This document shows positions 18,662 through 28,303 of a DNA stretch of 64,000 nucleotides, one piece after another; the first letter of the stretch is position 1; every line of letters starts with the position of its first letter. The notes below the pieces were generated by a model. It was not told the DNA's origin, ran no database searches, and was given only the letters and a program-made list of their open reading frames with translations. Source of the DNA: an uncultured Candidatus Saccharibacteria bacterium (GTDB lineage Bacteria; Patescibacteriota; Andersenbacteria; UBA10190); NCBI GenBank assembly GCA_964359735.1, contig CAYHTZ010000002.1, positions 22,937 to 86,936 on the forward strand. Reading direction: 5' to 3'. Position numbers and translations under genes: made by a program.

Positions 18662-20188
18662 TTACGGGGCAGTGCGGAGCAGCTTGCGGAAGCGCAGATA
18701 TTCAGTCAGGCGTAACCCTGTAAACCGCCCGATAGCGATATTCAGCGGAATGGCGAGCAGCGTGAGCTCGGGGTAGGAAAGAATAAGTGTGCGCAGGAGC
18801 TCTGAGCTCACAATGAAGTAACAGGCAATAGCTAAGAGCAGCGTAGTGGCTGTAATGGTAAGCGCGCGTTTGGCACCGGAGGTAAATTGCACCGCGATAA
18901 ACTCTTCGGCGAGGAGCATGAGAATTAAGATGGGGAAGATTGAGAAAGAAAGCACGTTGGTATTATCGCTGGCCACCCCCACGCCCAGCAGCAGCAGGAT
19001 CGCAATACTGACACTGCTTAAGACCAAGGCCATGCGGGGGAGGTAGAGGAGGTGAAGCTTGCGCACAACGAGGCGAGTGATTGTGCCGGCGGCTAGCACC
19101 GCGGCGAAGACTAAGAGTCCGTACTTGAGACCCAATACCAGAAATGAGAGCGCCGTCATGGCCGGGGTGATGAGCCCGAACGCTTTAATGCCGATCACCT
19201 GTCGAGTGAAAGCCAGAATGGTGGCAATGACAGGCAACATCAGAATCAGAATTAGGCTGTTAATGGGCACACCTCGATTTACCAGGTAGTTCACGCCGAA
19301 AGAAAGAAAGTTGGTTGGGCCAATGTCGCGGACGGTGCGTGCGCTAAAGCTTCCCAAGAGACGGTGCTCAAGGGGTGAGGCGAAGACGGCCGCTTGAGCC
19401 TGCTCGGCCGACAGGGGTTTGGTTAAAAGCTCAAGCGCAGGGGGGCGGGTGAGGAGAATGTAGGCTGGCTGTAGCTGATCGAATGCCGACTGAGCTGTAG
19501 GGGCGAGGACGGCGAACGGTGTTTCGGATAGCATCACCACTCCGGTTTGGGCCAGGGTGGGGGTTAAATCGGCTAGCCGCTCAGTCTGACGGATATGTTG
19601 AGAGAATCTCGAGAGAACGTTAGCACCGACTCCTCCCGAGCTCCAAGTGATGATGAGCCGGGCATGCGGCAAGGTATCTTGGATACCAACGAGAGCGCGG
19701 GTGAGCTCTTCTTCGATAAGCACCTCGGGCCCGCCGCCCTTGGCGTGCAACGTAATCAGGAATAAATCATTCCCAGCGGCTTGTCGGATGTGAAGCTTAA
19801 GTTGCTCCTCAGGGACAGAGGTATCAGCAATGAGAATGGCGGCGTGTTCGAAGACACGGACTTCGGTTGTATCTTCTGCGCTGTCGGTCTCAGTGACGAG
19901 GCTCGCACTAACTTTGTATACGCCTGGCTTGGCATAGGCGTGATTCACCCTCTCGCCAGTGGTGCGCACACCGTCGCCAAAATTCCAAACTACCTCGGTC
20001 AGGGGAGAGTCGGGAGGAAGGATGGAGCGGCTGATGTCGAACGAAACAGGGCGACGTACGAGGGTAGCGCGCGCCTCGCCGATATCTGCCTCTAAGGAAA
20101 CTGTGGGGGTACTCTCCTGAGCGAGCGCGCTGGCAGGAAGACACAGCAACGTGAACAGGCCGGCCGCTGTCAGCAGCGTGTTTTTCAT
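18662..20188 (-). CDS. Signal-peptide protein with a roughly 300 aa ectodomain and a C-terminal 7-TM bundle; candidate 7TM partner of the RimK-like system.
   Basis: N-terminal MKNTLLTAAGLFTLLCLPASALA signal, followed by seven hydrophobic helices in the last ~210 aa. Adjacent to and co-directional with the ATP-grasp/retropepsin gene. Confidence 0.45.
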   Translation of the reverse strand: MKNTLLTAAGLFTLLCLPASALAQESTPTVSLEADIGEARATLVRRPVSFDISRSILPPDSPLTEVVWNFGDGVRTTGERVNHAYAKPGVYKVSASLVTETDSAEDTTEVRVFEHAAILIADTSVPEEQLKLHIRQAAGNDLFLITLHAKGGGPEVLIEEELTRALVGIQDTLPHARLIITWSSGGVGANVLSRFSQHIRQTERLADLTPTLAQTGVVMLSETPFAVLAPTAQSAFDQLQPAYILLTRPPALELLTKPLSAEQAQAAVFASPLEHRLLGSFSARTVRDIGPTNFLSFGVNYLVNRGVPINSLILILMLPVIATILAFTRQVIGIKAFGLITPAMTALSFLVLGLKYGLLVFAAVLAAGTITRLVVRKLHLLYLPRMALVLSSVSIAILLLLGVGVASDNTNVLSFSIFPILILMLLAEEFIAVQFTSGAKRALTITATTLLLAIACYFIVSSELLRTLILSYPELTLLAIPLNIAIGRFTGLRLTEYLRFRKLLRTAP

Positions 20189-20661
20189 AGGGTGGGATGG
20201 GCAGGAACGGTAGTGGAGAGGGCGGCCGCCAGCGCATCGGCGGCGTCGTCCGGTTCTGGGACAGACGTAAGGTGAAGCCGCTGGGCTATTAGGCGTTGGA
20301 CTTGGTGTTTGTCGGCGCTCCCGTAGCCGGTGAGGCGCGACTTCACTTGCGAAGGAGTGATATGTTCTACGGGAATGAGGTGGCGGCGCAAGATATAGAG
20401 GAGGACGCCGCGGGCGTGGGCGGTGATGCCGGCGGTCTTAGCATTTTTGCCAAAGTACACTTCTTCCACCACGGCCTGGGCTGGCTGTGTTTCTTGAATG
20501 AGAACAGTAAGGTCTTGTCCGAGCATAGCAAGGCGGTCGGCCAGGTCTAGGGTAGGGGGTGTAGTTAAGACGCCGCAGCGAATGTACCGGGCTTCGCGAC
20601 TTACGTCAACTACTCCATACCCCGTGCGCGCGAGACCCGGGTCTAGACCAAGGACAATCAT
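20185..20661 (-). CDS. ruvC: Holliday junction resolvase RuvC.
   Basis: MIVLGLDPGLARTGYGVV...YGSADKHQVQ is the RuvC signature. The start was set to the internal Met. Confidence 0.85.
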   Translation of the reverse strand: MIVLGLDPGLARTGYGVVDVSREARYIRCGVLTTPPTLDLADRLAMLGQDLTVLIQETQPAQAVVEEVYFGKNAKTAGITAHARGVLLYILRRHLIPVEHITPSQVKSRLTGYGSADKHQVQRLIAQRLHLTSVPEPDDAADALAAALSTTVPAHPTL

Positions 20662-20665
20662 ACGG

Positions 20666-21199
20666 CTATTGTACTGTTTCGGTAAAAATACGCTCAACGT
20701 CGGGCGTGGCCGCAAGCTCTGCCAAAAGTTCCCCCAGCGCGCTCGCGGCGCTGTCGCCTACTGTTTGGGGATACTTAGCGTGGTACTGACCGGTGGCGGA
20801 GTCAAAAGTGAACTTCCACATGACTGAGTGGGGAGCCCCTAAGCTGCCACCGTGGTTTTTTAAAGTGGTGCGCAAGGTGGCGACGGTGCGGTTAGGGTTG
20901 TCGGTACGAGCCACGATGATAAGCCCGGTACCGGTTGGACCGAAGCCTTCGTATGTCACCGCCTGCGTACTCACGGCAGATTGTTTGCCCAGGAGACGAT
21001 CAATGTTGGCTTGGGGAAACCCAGCCTTGCGGGCGCGGTCGACTACATCGCGCAAGGTGGCGTTGCTGGCTGGATCAGCGCCGGCCGCGCGAGCGGCGCT
21101 GGCGATTTCAGCACTGAACTTCGTAAAGGCAGCGCCCTTCTTGGCATCGGTAGTTTCTTTGCGCCGTTTGATGTTATGCCACTTAGAATGTCCGGACAT
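20666..21199 (-). CDS. YebC/PmpR-family DNA-binding regulator, short form.
   Basis: MSGHSKWHNIKRRKETTDAKKG is the YebC N-terminal signature. At about 177 aa it is shorter than typical family members. Confidence 0.7.
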   Translation of the reverse strand: MSGHSKWHNIKRRKETTDAKKGAAFTKFSAEIASAARAAGADPASNATLRDVVDRARKAGFPQANIDRLLGKQSAVSTQAVTYEGFGPTGTGLIIVARTDNPNRTVATLRTTLKNHGGSLGAPHSVMWKFTFDSATGQYHAKYPQTVGDSAASALGELLAELAATPDVERIFTETVQ

Positions 21200-21803
21200 A
21201 GCTTTCGTGTACGGCTTCAATGCGAGTATTGGTTACAGTGCAGCCGGGGGATTCGCTAAAGATACCCACGACAGCTCTTTTCACTTCACTGTCCGTGACG
21301 GTTGCTTGGCTGCCGCCACGGCAACTCAGGGCAGGGGAGGCGTCGGTGAAATGAGCTGAGTGAATGTCAGCCGTAGCGTTTCGCTGCAGGATAATCCCGT
21401 TCCAGACTTGGTTTTGGGGGTGGCGCTCGTTACTGCTGAGAGTCACGGGGGAGACGGGTGTGCCCTTAAGCTCAATATTGCCGGAGACATCTAACTCAGC
21501 GAACTCGTGAGCGAATACAGTCACCCCTTCCGTAAGGGTGAGCGTGAAACCAGCAGGAACTTCCGTGCGGCCGGCCAGGATGACGGGGTTGTCTTGTGTC
21601 GTCAAGGTGGTGGATTTAGAGAGATGGGGAGGTAGGAATGTGCCCTCCGCATGCAGGGGTGTGTGGCGGCTGAGCTCCTCGGTATAGGTAGGGACACTCA
21701 AGCGTTCGCTCCACGTTTTTGATTCAGCGCGCTCAAAGAGAGTAGCACCCGCGATGCTAAGGAGCGCGAGTATGAGCAGCACAGCTGGCATTACTTTTTC
21801 CAT
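21183..21803 (-). CDS. Hypothetical secreted protein.
   Basis: Signal-peptide-like N-terminus MEKVMPAVLLILALLSIAGA; no recognisable domain. Confidence 0.35.
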   Translation of the reverse strand: MEKVMPAVLLILALLSIAGATLFERAESKTWSERLSVPTYTEELSRHTPLHAEGTFLPPHLSKSTTLTTQDNPVILAGRTEVPAGFTLTLTEGVTVFAHEFAELDVSGNIELKGTPVSPVTLSSNERHPQNQVWNGIILQRNATADIHSAHFTDASPALSCRGGSQATVTDSEVKRAVVGIFSESPGCTVTNTRIEAVHESYVRTF

Positions 21804-22004
21804 ATACAGCAAGGGTACGGTGTTCTTTCCTCTGAGGGTAGCTGTAGGCACGAGAAGATACGAGTCGAGGACAAGCATCGTCCCCCGCCGAAGCGGAAAA
21901 CCACGCAGATCCAGTCTGGAGCCCGCATCCCACAAAAGCGATGCCTACAGGTACTCGCAGAGGAACTCGCTACTATAGGTTTTTTGCGGTAGAATGTCTA
22001 GGCT

Positions 22005-23036
22005 ATGGCTATTGAGGAGGCAAAGACAACCGTCGTTGCCGCAGCGGCTGAAGAAGACGAGGCATCGTTTGATCAGGCGCTGCGCCCCCAGCGGCTGATC
22101 GACTTCATTGGCCAGAGACAAGTGAAGGACAGCCTCAAGATATTTTTGGCGGCCACGCGTGAGAGAAGCGAACCTTTGGAGCACGTGCTCCTTTCGGGCC
22201 CCCCAGGACTAGGGAAGACCAGTCTCGCGCACATTATTGCGCGAGAACTCTCGGCCAATATTCGGGTCACCACCGGGCCGGCCCTTTCTAAAGTGGCGGA
22301 CGTGGCGGCTATCCTGACGAATTTAGAAGAAGGGGATGTACTGTTTGTGGATGAGATCCACCGGCTACAGCGCACTGTGGAAGAGGTACTGTACCCGGCC
22401 ATGGAAGACTTTGCGCTGGACTTAGTGGTGGGCCAGGGGCCAGGGGCCAAGACGCTGCGCCTCGATTTGCCTCGCTTTACCTTGGTAGGGGCGACGACAC
22501 GGGTAGGCCTCTTAGGTTCTCCGTTGCGCGATCGCTTTGGTATGACGTACCGGCTCTCTTTTTATGAAGAGGCTGACATGGCGAGAATTTTACGGCGCAC
22601 TGCCACGCTGCTCAGGGTGGAAGCCACCCCCGAAGCTTTGCAGATCGTAGCGGAGAGGAGCCGGCAGACACCGCGGGTGGGGAATAGGTTGCTCAAACGC
22701 ATACGAGATTTTGCGCAGGTTCACCATAAGCGGGCAGTGACTCCCGATGTGGTCGAAGAAGCCTTGGGGTTACTCGATATCGACAAGCGAGGCCTCGACA
22801 CCATTGACCGGCATGTCTTGCGGGTTATGGTTGACCAGTTTGAAGGCGGGCCAGTTGGCCTCTCGACACTCTCTGCGGTTTTATCTGAAGAGCAACGCAC
22901 GCTGGAGGAAGTGGTGGAGCCATTCTTGATCCAGGTAGGAATGCTGCGCCGTACTCCGCGAGGGCGGGTTGTAACGCAGCGCGCCTACGAACACTTGGGC
23001 ATAGATGAGCCCGCCGAGCAGACCGCACTGTTGTGA
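22005..23036 (+). CDS. ruvB: Holliday junction branch migration ATPase RuvB.
   Basis: LRPQRLIDFIGQ...LLSGPPGLGKTSLA, a sensor region, and the C-terminal winged helix. Confidence 0.9.
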   Translation: MAIEEAKTTVVAAAAEEDEASFDQALRPQRLIDFIGQRQVKDSLKIFLAATRERSEPLEHVLLSGPPGLGKTSLAHIIARELSANIRVTTGPALSKVADVAAILTNLEEGDVLFVDEIHRLQRTVEEVLYPAMEDFALDLVVGQGPGAKTLRLDLPRFTLVGATTRVGLLGSPLRDRFGMTYRLSFYEEADMARILRRTATLLRVEATPEALQIVAERSRQTPRVGNRLLKRIRDFAQVHHKRAVTPDVVEEALGLLDIDKRGLDTIDRHVLRVMVDQFEGGPVGLSTLSAVLSEEQRTLEEVVEPFLIQVGMLRRTPRGRVVTQRAYEHLGIDEPAEQTALL

Positions 23037-23515
23037 TTATCACGTTCGCTAACGCGATCACAGCGTTTCGCTTAGGGCTATTCGCTTGGTTCATTGTTTT
23101 GGTAGACGAGGAGCGCCTACCCCTGGCGGCCGGGATTTTTTTTATAACGTGGGCGCTCGATGCCGTAGACGGATGGTTAGCACGCCACTTCCACCAAGCC
23201 AGCGAGCTTGGCTCTCTCTTTGATAAGGTATCCGACCGGGTCATGATGCTCGGAACTATCTTTACGCTGCTCGCCTATGGGGTAGGGGGAGCCGCGACGG
23301 CGCTGCTGTTAGCGAAGGATGCAGGAGTATTGGTGGCCTTGGCGGCGCAGCCGCCCGAGAGGCGCCAGATTGATTTGGGGGTATTGGGCAAGATGGCTAC
23401 CTTCCTGCAAGGGGCGGCGCTGCTGTGGGTTATGCTCTCGTGGCCGTATGAGTTGGCGGTAATTCTTATCGCGGCAGGGTTTGGAGCAGGGGTGGCACTG
23501 CGAAAACTTTGGTAG
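23033..23515 (+). CDS. CDP-alcohol phosphatidyltransferase family protein.
   Basis: DAVDGWLARHFHQASELGSLFDKVSDRV matches the D(x)2DG(x)2AR...G(x)3D(x)3D motif. ATGA start/stop overlap with ruvB. Confidence 0.7.
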   Translation: MIITFANAITAFRLGLFAWFIVLVDEERLPLAAGIFFITWALDAVDGWLARHFHQASELGSLFDKVSDRVMMLGTIFTLLAYGVGGAATALLLAKDAGVLVALAAQPPERRQIDLGVLGKMATFLQGAALLWVMLSWPYELAVILIAAGFGAGVALRKLW

Positions 23516-23533
23516 CCTGGTCTTAACCCCTTC

Positions 23534-23574
23534 CCGCCCTGCTACAGGGCGGCTCTCCCCTTCGTAAGGGGGAG
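23534..23574. terminator. Tandem GC-rich hairpins (candidate terminator). The second hairpin belongs to the CCTT-NNN-AAGG repeat family.
   Basis: CCGCCCTG-cta-CAGGGCGG and CTCCCCTT-cgt-AAGGGGGAG. Confidence 0.4.
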
Positions 23575-23595
23575 CAAATTTGATACATTGTTACT

Positions 23596-23958
23596 GTGAC
23601 TCAGGTTTTTAACCGTTTCTCCGAGCGACAAAAGAGACAAGAATTACGTGAAGTGATGCCAAAAGCAGAAGTGGTTTTGTGGTCGCAACTTCAGCGTAGG
23701 CAGTTTGATGGCCACAAGTTTCGTCGCCAGTGCAGCATTGGGCGATACGTTGTGGACTTCTACTGTCCGCGGTCCAGGCTGGTGATTGAGCTTGATGGTG
23801 ATTCGCATTTCAATGATGTGGCAGAAAAGTATGATCGGGTTCGTAACCAGTATATGGAGTCACTTGGCTTAAGGGTTGTGAGGTTTACGAATGAAGATGT
23901 GAGGAAGAACTTGTCCAGGGTGTTACAGAGAATACGTGGAGCATTGGTCTCCTTTTGA
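23596..23958 (+). CDS. DUF559 (Vsr-like endonuclease fold) domain protein.
   Basis: VLWSQLQRRQFDGHKFRRQCSIGRYVVDFYCPRSRLVIELDGDSH...DRVRNQYMESLGLRVVRF is typical of DUF559. Confidence 0.65.
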   Translation: MTQVFNRFSERQKRQELREVMPKAEVVLWSQLQRRQFDGHKFRRQCSIGRYVVDFYCPRSRLVIELDGDSHFNDVAEKYDRVRNQYMESLGLRVVRFTNEDVRKNLSRVLQRIRGALVSF

Positions 23959-23966
23959 CTTATTTG

Positions 23967-23987
23967 CCCCTCCTTACGAAGGAGGGG
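23967..23987. repeat. Intergenic hairpin element of the same family, downstream of the DUF559 gene.
   Basis: CCCCTCCTT-acg-AAGGAGGGG. Confidence 0.5.
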
Positions 23988-24104
23988 AGAAACCGAGCAG
24001 AGCGAGGAGGGGTGGTTTTCGGAGCAAAAGCCTGTGGATAAGTCATTGTTTAGATGAGTGCTATGCTTATTAGAGCCAAATAGGTCTGAGTAAAACAAAC
24101 ATAA

Positions 24105-26162
24105 ATGTCGGTACAACTTGGAGCAGTCTTCATGTGGGGATTAATCAGCGCGCTGGCGCTGTTTTTTGTTTTCTCTAACCAGGTATGGGCAGCACCTACG
24201 GTTATCATCTCTGAGCTCATGTGGGATGGCACTGAGTACATAGAGCTCTTCAATACGACGAGCAGCGATGTATCTCTCTCAGGTTGGCAGCTCACCCGCC
24301 AGCAGGCCGGCAGCAGTGAAAAGACCATCGTCACCTTTGACGACGCCGATGTCATAGGCGCGGGAGAATACTTTTTAGTTGAAAAGAAAGAGGAGGCGAC
24401 GACAGTTGCGGCAGACGAGATTGCCTCAGGGCTGACACTCGTAAATACCGGAGAGGCGGTGAGACTTAAAGATTCAGCGGGGAACACAGTGGATAGTGTT
24501 AACCAGTTGAGAGCCTGGTTTGCGGGGAAGGATACCGGTGTGGGAGAGGCGATGGAGCGGTCGGACGCGACGGCGGATGGCGAGCTGGCAGAGAGCTGGC
24601 ACACGTCGACGGGGAGTGTCGGAGAGCGGGTAGGTACGCCCGGGCAGGCGAACACCGTGAAGCCCCTGAACGCAGCGCCGCAAGCAGTGGTGAGTGCGCT
24701 CAGTGATGAAGCAGCGGTGAACGAGCTCCTCACGTTTTCCGCGGAGGATTCCAGTGACCCAAACGGAGATGTGCTCACCTACCAGTGGGATTTTGGCGAC
24801 GGTACGAGCCCGCCAGCTGGCGGGGGGAGTGTGGTCACTCATGCATATACCAGTGGCGGCACGAAGGCCGTGACCGTAACAGTGAGCGACGGGGCGCTTT
24901 CCGCCGCCGCATCCTTACAGGTGACGGTTTCAACACCAGTGTACTCGAATGAAGTTATTATCAACGAGTTTTTACCGGACCCGGTAGGGAGCGATACGGA
25001 CAATGAATTTATTGAGCTCTTGAATAGCGGAGGAAGCTCAGTTGACCTCTCTGGTTGGAAACTCGATGATGCTGACGGCGGCAGCTCTCCCTTTTCAATT
25101 GCGAGTGGAACCGTTGTATCTGCCGGCGGCTACGCCAGCTTTACGAGAACAGTCACCAAGCTGGCTCTCAATAACGACGGCGACAGCGTGCGGCTGCTCT
25201 CGCCAGACGGTGGTGTTAAAGCCTCAACGAGTTACGATGATTCTTCAGAAGGACTTTCGTGGAATCGCACGGACTCCGGAGGATATCAGGAGAGCACGAC
25301 ACTGACGGCAGGAGCCAAGAATGTGGTTACGGCACCGGTAGTAGCCACTGAGGCCAAAGAAGGAGAGACGACGCCGACCCCGAAGGTATCTACATCGGAG
25401 CAAGCAGCTGCCAAAGGGAAAGTAGCCGGAACGAGCGTGAAGACAGTTGCTTTACAAGCAATTCGCAATGAAGAGGAAGGTACGATTGTCACAGTTGAAG
25501 GAGTAGTCAGTGCCCCGCCGGGAGTGTTGGGTAAAGGTATTTTGTACCTGGCAGGGTCAGGAATACAGGTATATTTTTCGGAAGATGAGTATCCCGAACT
25601 GGCGGTGGGCGATAAGGTAAAACTCACCGGAGAACTCGCCTCGTATTTAGGAGAAACACGGATCAAGTTGGCGGCTCTTACCGACATGGCAACGTCCGGG
25701 AAGGCGGAGGAGCCGCTACCCCACCAGGTAAAGACGGGAGAGGTAGGAGAAGAGGTCGAGGGCTTCCTCATCGTGATCGTGGGCAAGGTTACGGAGACGT
25801 CAGGAGACACCTTTTATGTGGATGATGGGAGCGGGCCGGTGAAAGTGTTTATTAAGGAGAGCACCGGCATTGAGAAGCCAAAGATGAAGAAAGGGAGTGT
25901 AGTCACCATTACCGGGGTAGTGTCGCAGACGAACAGCGGCTACCGAATACTACCGCGCTTTCAAGAAGACGTGCGACTCGGAGCAGTGGCGGGCCTCAAA
26001 ACTTTTCCGGGAACTGGAGTACGGGGCGGCTTCGCCCGGCAGAGCGGCCTCTTAGATGCTAGCGACATCTTGCTGTTTACAGTTGTCGTGCTCTGGTTGT
26101 CAGTAGCAATCGGGCGTGATAGCGTCAAGTTCTATGAACATCGTGGTGCTGGGCGGAGGTAA
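24105..26162 (+). CDS. Large surface protein with two lamin-tail domains, a PKD domain, an OB/beta region and a C-terminal TM anchor.
   Basis: Lamin-tail signatures ISELMWDGTEYIELFN...LSGWQL and INEFLPDPVGSDTDNEFIELLNSGG...LSGWKL. PKD-like LTYQWDFGDGT...HAYTSGGTKAVTVTVSDGA. A hydrophobic C-terminus. Confidence 0.7.
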   Translation: MSVQLGAVFMWGLISALALFFVFSNQVWAAPTVIISELMWDGTEYIELFNTTSSDVSLSGWQLTRQQAGSSEKTIVTFDDADVIGAGEYFLVEKKEEATTVAADEIASGLTLVNTGEAVRLKDSAGNTVDSVNQLRAWFAGKDTGVGEAMERSDATADGELAESWHTSTGSVGERVGTPGQANTVKPLNAAPQAVVSALSDEAAVNELLTFSAEDSSDPNGDVLTYQWDFGDGTSPPAGGGSVVTHAYTSGGTKAVTVTVSDGALSAAASLQVTVSTPVYSNEVIINEFLPDPVGSDTDNEFIELLNSGGSSVDLSGWKLDDADGGSSPFSIASGTVVSAGGYASFTRTVTKLALNNDGDSVRLLSPDGGVKASTSYDDSSEGLSWNRTDSGGYQESTTLTAGAKNVVTAPVVATEAKEGETTPTPKVSTSEQAAAKGKVAGTSVKTVALQAIRNEEEGTIVTVEGVVSAPPGVLGKGILYLAGSGIQVYFSEDEYPELAVGDKVKLTGELASYLGETRIKLAALTDMATSGKAEEPLPHQVKTGEVGEEVEGFLIVIVGKVTETSGDTFYVDDGSGPVKVFIKESTGIEKPKMKKGSVVTITGVVSQTNSGYRILPRFQEDVRLGAVAGLKTFPGTGVRGGFARQSGLLDASDILLFTVVVLWLSVAIGRDSVKFYEHRGAGRR

Positions 26163-27147
26163 CGGCACCTCTCGGCTGCTGGCGGCGCTCTTACCGCTGC
26201 TGTTGGATGAAACGGTTACCTCCTTGCATGCCTTGGTGAGCACAGCAGATGATGGGGGGTCAACAGGAATGCTGCGGGCTCAGTATGGCGTGGGTTCAAT
26301 GGGCGATCTCACCAAGAGTCTGATGGCGCTGTCTCCTCTGCGAGGCGATATCCGGGGAGACGAGCTTTTGCGGGCGCTGAACTACCGTTTCCACGAAGGA
26401 GATTTTGCGGGGCACACCTTACGTAATATTCTGCTCGCCGTCTTTGAGCTTACGAGGGGCGACATTGATAGTGCGATTGCGATTTTTGCCCGCCTTCTCC
26501 AGATTCGACAGCCAAGTGGTGTGGTTCCAACTACTTTGAAGCCATTGCGACAGTTAGTGGAAGTAGAAGTTGGTGGACAGCGCAGCATCTTAGGCGAAGG
26601 CCAGCACTTCATTTCTCATAAGGTAAATTTGCAGATTGACCCGGCGTGGAAACCGGGAACAGTCCGTGTGACGTTTGAGGAAGACTTACCGCTGAACCCG
26701 CGGGCAGAGCAGATTTTGAAAGAAGCAACCCATATTATTGTGGCGCCTGGCCACACGTATGGAACAATTCTACCTTCACTTGCTTTACCAGCACTAAAAG
26801 AGGTGATTAAAAAAAGTGCCGCCAAGTTATGGGTAGTCATGACTTTACTTTCAACACCACGCCAGACCGCAGGCTGGAGCGGTGAGGACTTCGTGCGCGT
26901 GTACGAGTCCTACCTCGGGCGGAAAGTGGATAAGGTGATTGCTAATACCAGACATCTGAAGGTACTTCTTGCTCCTCAACAGACCTGGGTAGAGTTTACG
27001 GAGCACGAGCATCCGTACGAATTAGTAAAAGGAGATTTGGCAGCAGTTGAGGATCAGACTTACGGGCCTGGTGATGTAGTGCCGCGGGCGATTGTCATTC
27101 ACGATAAAGAGAAGCTGGAACAGGTGTTTCGCGATATACTGGTCTAG
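26134..27147 (+). CDS. YvcK/CofD-family protein (UPF0052, gluconeogenesis-factor-like).
   Basis: MNIVVLGGGNGTSRLL N-terminal signature and family length. The start was set to the internal Met. Confidence 0.72.
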   Translation: MNIVVLGGGNGTSRLLAALLPLLLDETVTSLHALVSTADDGGSTGMLRAQYGVGSMGDLTKSLMALSPLRGDIRGDELLRALNYRFHEGDFAGHTLRNILLAVFELTRGDIDSAIAIFARLLQIRQPSGVVPTTLKPLRQLVEVEVGGQRSILGEGQHFISHKVNLQIDPAWKPGTVRVTFEEDLPLNPRAEQILKEATHIIVAPGHTYGTILPSLALPALKEVIKKSAAKLWVVMTLLSTPRQTAGWSGEDFVRVYESYLGRKVDKVIANTRHLKVLLAPQQTWVEFTEHEHPYELVKGDLAAVEDQTYGPGDVVPRAIVIHDKEKLEQVFRDILV

Positions 27148-27151
27148 GTTT

Positions 27152-28303
27152 ATGGCCAGCAGTATGCATATGCCCTCAAATCCCTCACTTCTAGAGGAAA
27201 TTCCCGCTACGGTTAGTGCTGAAAACTACGAGCCTGTGTGGACAGTTGGTGGAATAACGTACCTATTTGAATCTCTTTATTTAAAAAATACTTTTGAGAA
27301 GAGAGACTTTCTCCTGACTAATTGCAATCGTGAGCATACGGTGTATATATCCAAGAGCGAAAAAAAGAGACTTTCTGAGGAAGGTTTTAAGCTTATTTAT
27401 CAGGATTTAGATAGCTATGAGCGAAAAGTGGAATCCCGTCTTGAAGAGAATGGCAAAGCTCTTGACACAATACTTCAGCAAAACCTGTCCCCCTTAACCA
27501 ATGCTGAGCTAGCAGAAAACTTTCGACAGGCAGGGGTATTATTTACCCAGATGTGGAATGATTACTTTTGGACTGAGCATTTCCACACAGATAAAGTGGC
27601 GGACATTCTGGAAAGACGAGATGCATTTGTGGATCTTAAGCGGCTGCAAAGCAACGTTGACAGGATGGGAAGGCTGAAGTGGCTTCAGCGAGAGAGAAAC
27701 CTCAATCGGACGTTTATGCCCGGCGGCCTTTTGGATAAGTACATGGGAGAAATAAGCAAGCGGCTTGATCTGAGGCAGCCAGTCGACCGCTATCATTACA
27801 AAGAACTTATTGACTTGCTCTATGGCAAGCCTGTTGAAATCCCAAATCGGGAAGTATATGCCAAAGGTAAGTTTTCTGGGTGGAAAGATGTCGTGGGCGA
27901 TGCTGCCAGAGCGATTATTGAGAAACTATCTTATCTTGAGCCTGGGATTTCTCAGCTAGAAGGGCGAGTAGGAAATAGAGGCAAGTATCGGGGCAGAGTA
28001 CGGAAAATCAATTTCAGTGCTGAGACTGACTACGACCAAGAAATAGAGGCAATGCGAGTCGGTGAAGTACTTGTGTCGGGGTCCACTGGACCTGAGCTCA
28101 TTCTGGCTTGTAAGAAGGCCGGTGCGATTATAACTGACGAAGGTGGAGTCACTTCCCATGCTGCCATAGTCTCAAGAGAACTTAACATACCCTGCGTGAT
28201 CGGAACTAAGGTTGCCACGAAAGTTTTAGAGAATGGTGACGAGGTAGAAGTCAATGCTGATGTGGGTGTTGTAAGAATTCTCTCTAAGGCAGTAAAGCAC
28301 TAA
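27152..28303 (+). CDS. Protein with a C-terminal PEP-utilizing-enzyme mobile (phosphohistidine swivel) domain and an uncharacterised roughly 280 aa N-terminal region. It lies in a low-GC island.
   Basis: ITDEGGVTSHAAIVSRELNIPCVIG is the PEP-utilizer phosphohistidine signature. The gene's GC is visibly about 40-45% against about 57% in its surroundings. Confidence 0.6.
   Translation: MASSMHMPSNPSLLEEIPATVSAENYEPVWTVGGITYLFESLYLKNTFEKRDFLLTNCNREHTVYISKSEKKRLSEEGFKLIYQDLDSYERKVESRLEENGKALDTILQQNLSPLTNAELAENFRQAGVLFTQMWNDYFWTEHFHTDKVADILERRDAFVDLKRLQSNVDRMGRLKWLQRERNLNRTFMPGGLLDKYMGEISKRLDLRQPVDRYHYKELIDLLYGKPVEIPNREVYAKGKFSGWKDVVGDAARAIIEKLSYLEPGISQLEGRVGNRGKYRGRVRKINFSAETDYDQEIEAMRVGEVLVSGSTGPELILACKKAGAIITDEGGVTSHAAIVSRELNIPCVIGTKVATKVLENGDEVEVNADVGVVRILSKAVKH

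Noticed and set aside
24050-24778. 242-aa minus-strand ORF.
   Set aside because: It is entirely antisense to the well-supported lamin-tail/PKD protein gene. Its product is low-complexity and S/A/T-rich, as expected of a shadow frame in GC-rich DNA.
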